Sequence record: SRR22947725_1947
Direction: 5' to 3' (one strand)
DNA length: 42,153 nucleotides
The translations under genes and the position numbers were made by a program. The notes under the pieces were generated by a model. The model was not told where the DNA came from and searched no databases. It saw only the letters and a program-made list of their open reading frames with translations. Within the stretch, counting starts at the first letter, position 1; each line of letters opens with the position of its first letter. Shown here one piece after another: positions 36,845 through 42,153 of this stretch.

Positions 36845-37876
36845 TTACCCCTTATCGCCAAAGCCATCAAATCTATTGAACAATTCAGGCAATCTTTTTT
36901 GTAAAATAGAAATTCTTTGTGCTAATTGAAAGGGTAATGCAGGATTGCCTTTGAGGAATGCACCAGGCTCGACATTTTTTGTAATACCTGCCTGCCCGGC
37001 AATCTTCGCTCCTTTTCCAATTTTCAAATGTCCCGCAAACCCAGCCTGACCCCCCACCACTACATTATCCTCAAACTCAACACTGCCGGCAATGCCAACC
37101 TGAGCCACGATTAAACAACCTTTTCCAATTCTAACATTGTGACCTACTTGAACTAAATTATCAATTTTTGATCCCGCACCAATCCTTGTTTCCTCAAATC
37201 GAGCACGGTCTATGCATGTATTTGCACCAATTTCAACCTCATCCTCTACCACAACCTTTCCAAGATGCGGTATCTTTTTATGAGAGCCCTCGGCCTGATC
37301 AAATCCATAGCCTTCGGATCCAATGACAGCTCCCGCATTAACTACAACATTATTACCGATCTCACACCTTGATAATAGCTTCACACCGGGGTGTAAATTC
37401 GCATTACGACCAATCTTTGCAAAATCTCCGATATGGCAATGTGTTCCAATAATACTGCCGGCTTCAATTAAAACTTCTTTTCCAATAAAACAAAATGCGC
37501 CAATGGCAACTCCAGCACCCAATTTTGCACCTGAATCAATCCAGGCAGTTGAATGAATTTCAGCTTTTGGCGGGGGGTACAATTCACCCTCTAAAAAGCT
37601 ACATAATGAAGCCAATCCACGCGAAGGGTCATCAATTCGAAGAAAAACTTGGTTTTCTTTTGGAGAACCAATGTAGTTCTTAGGCAATAAAATAATAGAT
37701 GCATTAGATTTTGAAACTAATGACTTGTACTTTGAATTACCTAGAAAAGAAATATCACCTTCAACCGCTCTTTCAAGTGCAGCGATGCCACTTAAACTAG
37801 AAATCTTTAAAGTTCCATCTACTTCCGCAGAAGGAAGGATCACAAGAAGTTGGTCGAAAGCTATCTTAAAGTTCAT
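36845..37876 (-). CDS. lpxD: UDP-3-O-(3-hydroxyacyl)glucosamine N-acyltransferase
   Basis: ISFL.N.KY, hexapeptide repeats, [28 protein letters not shown]. Confidence 0.96.
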   Translation of the reverse strand: MNFKIAFDQLLVILPSAEVDGTLKISSLSGIAALERAVEGDISFLGNSKYKSLVSKSNASIILLPKNYIGSPKENQVFLRIDDPSRGLASLCSFLEGELYPPPKAEIHSTAWIDSGAKLGAGVAIGAFCFIGKEVLIEAGSIIGTHCHIGDFAKIGRNANLHPGVKLLSRCEIGNNVVVNAGAVIGSEGYGFDQAEGSHKKIPHLGKVVVEDEVEIGANTCIDRARFEETRIGAGSKIDNLVQVGHNVRIGKGCLIVAQVGIAGSVEFEDNVVVGGQAGFAGHLKIGKGAKIAGQAGITKNVEPGAFLKGNPALPFQLAQRISILQKRLPELFNRFDGFGDKG

Positions 37877-37912
37877 AAGCTCCTACTTTCAGAGCAGTTT
37901 TAAACGGGCTAC

Positions 37913-38467
37913 TTACTTTTTACCTTGGGATGCGTTAAGAGTAATAATAACTTCCTCAGTCACATTAAATTTATCTCCTGCATAAAATACACCCAACTGC
38001 GTTTCTGAAGAATTTAAGATCAAATCATACCCTTTAGCACCTGCCACTTGTTGGACCGCTTTACGGATATCTGCAAGATGTTCGACAAGTAGGTTTCTTT
38101 GCCTTTGAGAAATGGTAGCCTTCGCTCGTTTATCGTAAGAAACCATATCGTCCTGCTTGACCTTCGCTTTTTCAACTTTTTCTTGGTATTTTTTTCTAAG
38201 GTCCGTGCTGTCAATATTTGGATTTTTAATCTTATCCTCCATTTCTTTTAGTTCTTTAACAATTTTCTCCATTTCTGCACGGAAAATTTCGAGTTCCTCC
38301 ATCGCAATTTTCTTGGACTTGTCCAATCTAGCTCTTGCTTCCTTTACCTTTTGATATCCATCAAAAACTTTCTGTACATCTACCACCGCTACTTTTTGTG
38401 CAATCGAAAAGGAAGGCATTAAAAACAAAAAGGCGAGAGGGGTCAAAAAGAGAATTAGCTTATGCAT
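37913..38467 (-). CDS. skp: OmpH/Skp periplasmic chaperone
   Basis: Signal peptide, KVAVVD, long coiled coil, GYDLIL, NVT..VI..LN; lies between bamA and lpxD. Confidence 0.93.
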   Translation of the reverse strand: MHKLILFLTPLAFLFLMPSFSIAQKVAVVDVQKVFDGYQKVKEARARLDKSKKIAMEELEIFRAEMEKIVKELKEMEDKIKNPNIDSTDLRKKYQEKVEKAKVKQDDMVSYDKRAKATISQRQRNLLVEHLADIRKAVQQVAGAKGYDLILNSSETQLGVFYAGDKFNVTEEVIITLNASQGKK

Positions 38468-38505
38468 ATTAGATGTGAGTTAGGTAATGAATGAATATTG
38501 AAAGT

Positions 38506-40905
38506 TTAAAATCGTGTACCACCAGAAAAATGAAACTGCGGCGATCCACCTGTTTTTGAGGGATCCGAGATCGGGAAACCTAAATCTAGTCGAAGGGGCA
38601 TACCCATAACCATTATGCGTGCTCCCAATCCCCAATTATCATGCCAGCCTTCCGTTTCATCTCCAGGCAGAAATTTAAAATCATTGGTTCTTAAAAAACC
38701 GCCGTCATAAAAAACTGCAAAACGCAATGGGTCAGCAATTTTAAAAGTATACTCTGCACTTAAATAACTGTAAGAATTTCCTCCATTAGGTTCTTTTGAA
38801 TCTTGTGGCCCTGCCTCCCGATAGTCCCATCCTCTCAAATTATAGGGCCCCCCCAAAAAGAATTTTTCGAAGAAAGGTACATCTGCATCTTTTCCATCAA
38901 AACGACCCAGTGTTCCTGTTCTCCCTACGATCGATAAAACTTGTTCCATAGGAGTAAAAGTCTCAAAAAACTTCGCTCCCTGTAATTCGAAACGGCCATA
39001 ATCAGCATCTCCACCAAATGGGCCACCGGCAAATTCTTTTCGTAGGGTAACAATGCTACCTTCGGAGGGAAATAAGATACTATTTCTTGTATCACGGGTT
39101 AAACTAAGACCCACTTTAGAAATTGTTCGGTCAATTTCGTTTTTCGATGGATCATATTTCGGATCGTTAGTTATGAAAGCAGGAACACCAATTCCGATAT
39201 CACTAATGATGACATCTTCGAGACGATAAAATAACCGACCTTCAACAAGCTCGAACAATCTCTTTCTAAAATAGACCTCAAACCCTGCTCGCATTTCATC
39301 GTAGTATGAACTGTAGTAATCAGACTTTTCCCGAAATAACTCAAATCCAGCAGCAACCCTGCGATTCATAAACCAGGGTTCCTCAAGAGCAAGTCGAACC
39401 TCATTACTTCGAGCACCCAGCTTTAAACGAAGGCGGAATTTCTGTCCGTCTCCCTGCAAGCGATGGGGACTACGCCATCTCATTATATCGAAGTTTCCTT
39501 GTCTAAATTCGGCAAACATCATCGCTTTCTCTAAAGTACTAAATCCAACTCCAAAAGAAACATGTCCAGTGCGACCCTCCTCTACATTTACTACCAGGTT
39601 TCTTCTGCTACTTTGCAATTCTGGATCCTGTGATGCAATTGGTTCGTCATCCAATGTTACTTTCTCGAAAAAACGCGTATTTCTTAGACGGGATTCGCTC
39701 GTTTCCATTCGAAGTAAATCGAACGTCTCACCTGGCGCCAAAGCAAGTTCCCGAACAATGGCAGTTGTTTTTGTTTTCTCATTTCCCCGAACTTGAATTG
39801 TGTTCACAGTAAATTTGTTATTTTCCGTAATCTCAAACCTTAGATCAATTTGTCCTGTTTGAAGATTAGGCTTTCTAATCGAAACCACCCTGGCATCCAA
39901 ATAACCCTGCTCGCCGTATTTCTTTCGCAAGCGATTTCTTTCCTCGGAAAGAAGTGTTGGCGAATAGTGATCCCCTGTCTTTAGTTCTTTGTCAGCACGA
40001 CTATCCAGTCGCTTTAAATCTTTTGCAGTAATGACGGAATTACCAACTATAGATATTTCACCGAAATAGGATCGCTCACCCTCGTCCACACGGATGACAA
40101 CATCTAAAGAATTAGATCCTTTCGGAATAATTTTTACTCCACTTTGCTCAATTGTGACATCTAAGAAACCTTGATCCCGGAAAGCAGTTCTGAGTTTAAT
40201 TAAGTCCTCTTCAAAGATACTAGGTCGGTAACGAGATCTTTTAGACCAAAATCTCCAAAACCTCCAGGGTGCTGTTTCCATTTCCTTTAAGAGTTTTTTA
40301 TCTGAAATATTCTTATTTTCTTCGAAAATAATTTTACCTATTTTTCGTTTTTCATTTTCTATAATTTTAAATACAACTGAGACGCTTCTTCCTTCCTCTT
40401 TGGTTATAATTTGACTGTCTACTTGAGAATTCCAAAAACCTTTTTCTAAATATAACTCTTTGAGTGCCCGTTGATCAGCTTTTATCTCAGACTCGTCCAA
40501 CAATTCCCCGATACTTATTTCAATTTCCTTTTCGAGTTTTCGATCGGACAACTTATCATTACCCTCAAAGATAATCGTTCCAATCCGAGACTTTGTATAG
40601 ACCTTAAAAACTAAGGCCACCTCTTGTTCAGTGCTTATTTCTGGGTCCAAAAATACTTTTACATCATCAATCGCACCCGTTGCCATAAGGTTAGTAATCG
40701 ATTTGTCTATCGCGTTGGATTTGTAAGGGATTCCCGTTTCTATTTGTAAATTTTGTAAAATAAAAGATTTCCCAATGGTATCAGGGCCTTCCAATTCGAT
40801 GGATATGGAAGAAATTGTTTTACCATCTGGAACTACTTGAGACCATAAAATCATCATTCCAGAAAGTAGGAACAGGATGGGGAAAAGAGAACGAATTTTA
40901 TTCAT
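38506..40905 (-). CDS. bamA: Outer membrane protein assembly factor BamA
   Basis: Five POTRA domains, beta-barrel, LRGW (VRGF-like) loop motif, C-terminal F.FS.GTRF. Confidence 0.96.
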   Translation of the reverse strand: MNKIRSLFPILFLLSGMMILWSQVVPDGKTISSISIELEGPDTIGKSFILQNLQIETGIPYKSNAIDKSITNLMATGAIDDVKVFLDPEISTEQEVALVFKVYTKSRIGTIIFEGNDKLSDRKLEKEIEISIGELLDESEIKADQRALKELYLEKGFWNSQVDSQIITKEEGRSVSVVFKIIENEKRKIGKIIFEENKNISDKKLLKEMETAPWRFWRFWSKRSRYRPSIFEEDLIKLRTAFRDQGFLDVTIEQSGVKIIPKGSNSLDVVIRVDEGERSYFGEISIVGNSVITAKDLKRLDSRADKELKTGDHYSPTLLSEERNRLRKKYGEQGYLDARVVSIRKPNLQTGQIDLRFEITENNKFTVNTIQVRGNEKTKTTAIVRELALAPGETFDLLRMETSESRLRNTRFFEKVTLDDEPIASQDPELQSSRRNLVVNVEEGRTGHVSFGVGFSTLEKAMMFAEFRQGNFDIMRWRSPHRLQGDGQKFRLRLKLGARSNEVRLALEEPWFMNRRVAAGFELFREKSDYYSSYYDEMRAGFEVYFRKRLFELVEGRLFYRLEDVIISDIGIGVPAFITNDPKYDPSKNEIDRTISKVGLSLTRDTRNSILFPSEGSIVTLRKEFAGGPFGGDADYGRFELQGAKFFETFTPMEQVLSIVGRTGTLGRFDGKDADVPFFEKFFLGGPYNLRGWDYREAGPQDSKEPNGGNSYSYLSAEYTFKIADPLRFAVFYDGGFLRTNDFKFLPGDETEGWHDNWGLGARIMVMGMPLRLDLGFPISDPSKTGGSPQFHFSGGTRF

Positions 40906-40912
40906 TTAATTT

Positions 40913-42153
40913 TTAATTAAGTCGGGGGTCATATTGTGCACTTTCAAATTTCGTATATTTCCGCACAAATGCAAGATTTACATAACCGGTAGGCCCATTT
41001 CTTTGCTTGGCAAGGATTAACTTAATAGGCTCAAAGTCATCTGCTTGGCTTTCTTCACCAGTCTGAGAAACGTCACTTGCACGAATATCTTCCCCCTTTC
41101 TTTCTTTACCCAATAACATAACAATATCAGCATCCTGCTCAATTGAACCGGATTCCCTCAAATCTGAAAGTCGGGGGTCCCTTTTCTCTTTTTCAGAATC
41201 TCGATTGAGCTGGCTAAGAACAATAACCGGGACTTCTAATTCTTTTGCCATCGATTTCAATCCTCTTGAAATCACTGATATCTCATTTTCCCGAGAAGAA
41301 GAATAACGATCCCCTGAAATTAACTGTAAATAATCAATCACAATTAAAGAAAGACCATTCCTTGATTTAACTCTTCGTGCTTTTGCACGGATTTGATTGA
41401 TACTCAAGCCACTTGTATCGTCTACCCAAATGGGAGCTTGTTGAAATTGCTGACTTATTTCATTGAGTTTTTCTGCGTAATTCTTTGCAACAAAGCCCTT
41501 ACGCAAATCATTCATATTTACCTTTGCCTTTCCGCATATTAATCTCATCGCTAATGATGAGGCACTCATTTCTAAACTAAAAACTAAGATATTTTTTGGG
41601 TTGTTAATATACTTGTGGGAGAAGGAAATATTCTCGACGATGTTCATCGCAAGGCTTGTTTTACCTACAGAAGGACGGGCCGCTATAACAATCATTTCTG
41701 ACGATTTCAAGCCATTTGTCAGATTGTCCAAATCTTTATAGCCTGTTAACAAACCATCCGATTCTTCCTTCGAAAGCATTTTCTGTATCTCACCCATAGC
41801 TTTCTGTATCGGCTCTCTAAAATGAATAGAGGAACGGGTATTTTGATCATCACCCAACTCGCAGACCCTTTGCTCCATTCCAGAAAGAAAATCATCGACT
41901 TCGCCCTGTAGGTTATTCGCACCGTCTATAATTTCAAAAGCAACATATATACATCTTCTTAAAAGGGCTTTTTCTTTGACGATCTCTAACCAATAGGTTG
42001 CATGGGCAGTGGTATCGATTCTTGAAGTAAGTTCAAATAAGCCATTTTGTCCACCTACTTGTTCTAGTTGCTTTCTACTTTCAAGTTTTTCTGCCAGTAA
42101 AATTTCATCCGCAGCCTTATTATCACGATTAAGGTCCAAAAGTGCTTCGAAAA
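40913..42153 (-). CDS. dnaB: Replicative DNA helicase DnaB (5' end outside the window)
   Basis: AARPSVGKT, FSLEM, IDYLQL, LSQLNR, LSDLRESGSIEQDAD, KQRNGP; frame is open to the window edge. Confidence 0.97.
   Translation of the reverse strand, partial: FEALLDLNRDNKAADEILLAEKLESRKQLEQVGGQNGLFELTSRIDTTAHATYWLEIVKEKALLRRCIYVAFEIIDGANNLQGEVDDFLSGMEQRVCELGDDQNTRSSIHFREPIQKAMGEIQKMLSKEESDGLLTGYKDLDNLTNGLKSSEMIVIAARPSVGKTSLAMNIVENISFSHKYINNPKNILVFSLEMSASSLAMRLICGKAKVNMNDLRKGFVAKNYAEKLNEISQQFQQAPIWVDDTSGLSINQIRAKARRVKSRNGLSLIVIDYLQLISGDRYSSSRENEISVISRGLKSMAKELEVPVIVLSQLNRDSEKEKRDPRLSDLRESGSIEQDADIVMLLGKERKGEDIRASDVSQTGEESQADDFEPIKLILAKQRNGPTGYVNLAFVRKYTKFESAQYDPRLN

Noticed and set aside
38506-40905. 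Unusual BamA architecture
   Set aside because: Five POTRA domains plus a barrel, in the ordinary bamA-skp-lpxD order.
40913-42153. Intein in DnaB
   Set aside because: The helicase motifs are at normal spacing with no large insertion in the visible part.

Overview
A gene-dense, AT-rich bacterial chromosomal segment made mostly of core genes. The gene repertoire suggests Verrucomicrobiota, probably Opitutales-like (inference): tandem-fused UvrA, MetX-MetW fusion, DUF5069-like protein, Planctomycete-type cytochrome c, orphan prepilin-like gene and PAS-AraC. It carries apbE, rpmB, psd, msrA, zwf, YraN, hrpB, glpG, metXW, yebC, yidC-rnpA-rpmH, tRNA-Glu, uvrA, tyrS, a peroxiredoxin, a STAS/GAF-PP2C pair, an ABC exporter, pyrE and the dnaB-bamA-skp-lpxD-prs-degP string. 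I saw no CRISPR array, IS element, integrase or prophage. The most unusual item is the YidC insertase: it has a C-terminal J-domain-like extension lacking the HPD motif and a CxCxxC insertion in its periplasmic domain, and yidD is absent from the cassette. The large intergenic gaps hold decayed genes missing from the ORF track: Hsp20, a fasciclin N-terminus and a membrane hydrolase C-terminus. All family assignments come from motif recognition by eye, not from database searches.
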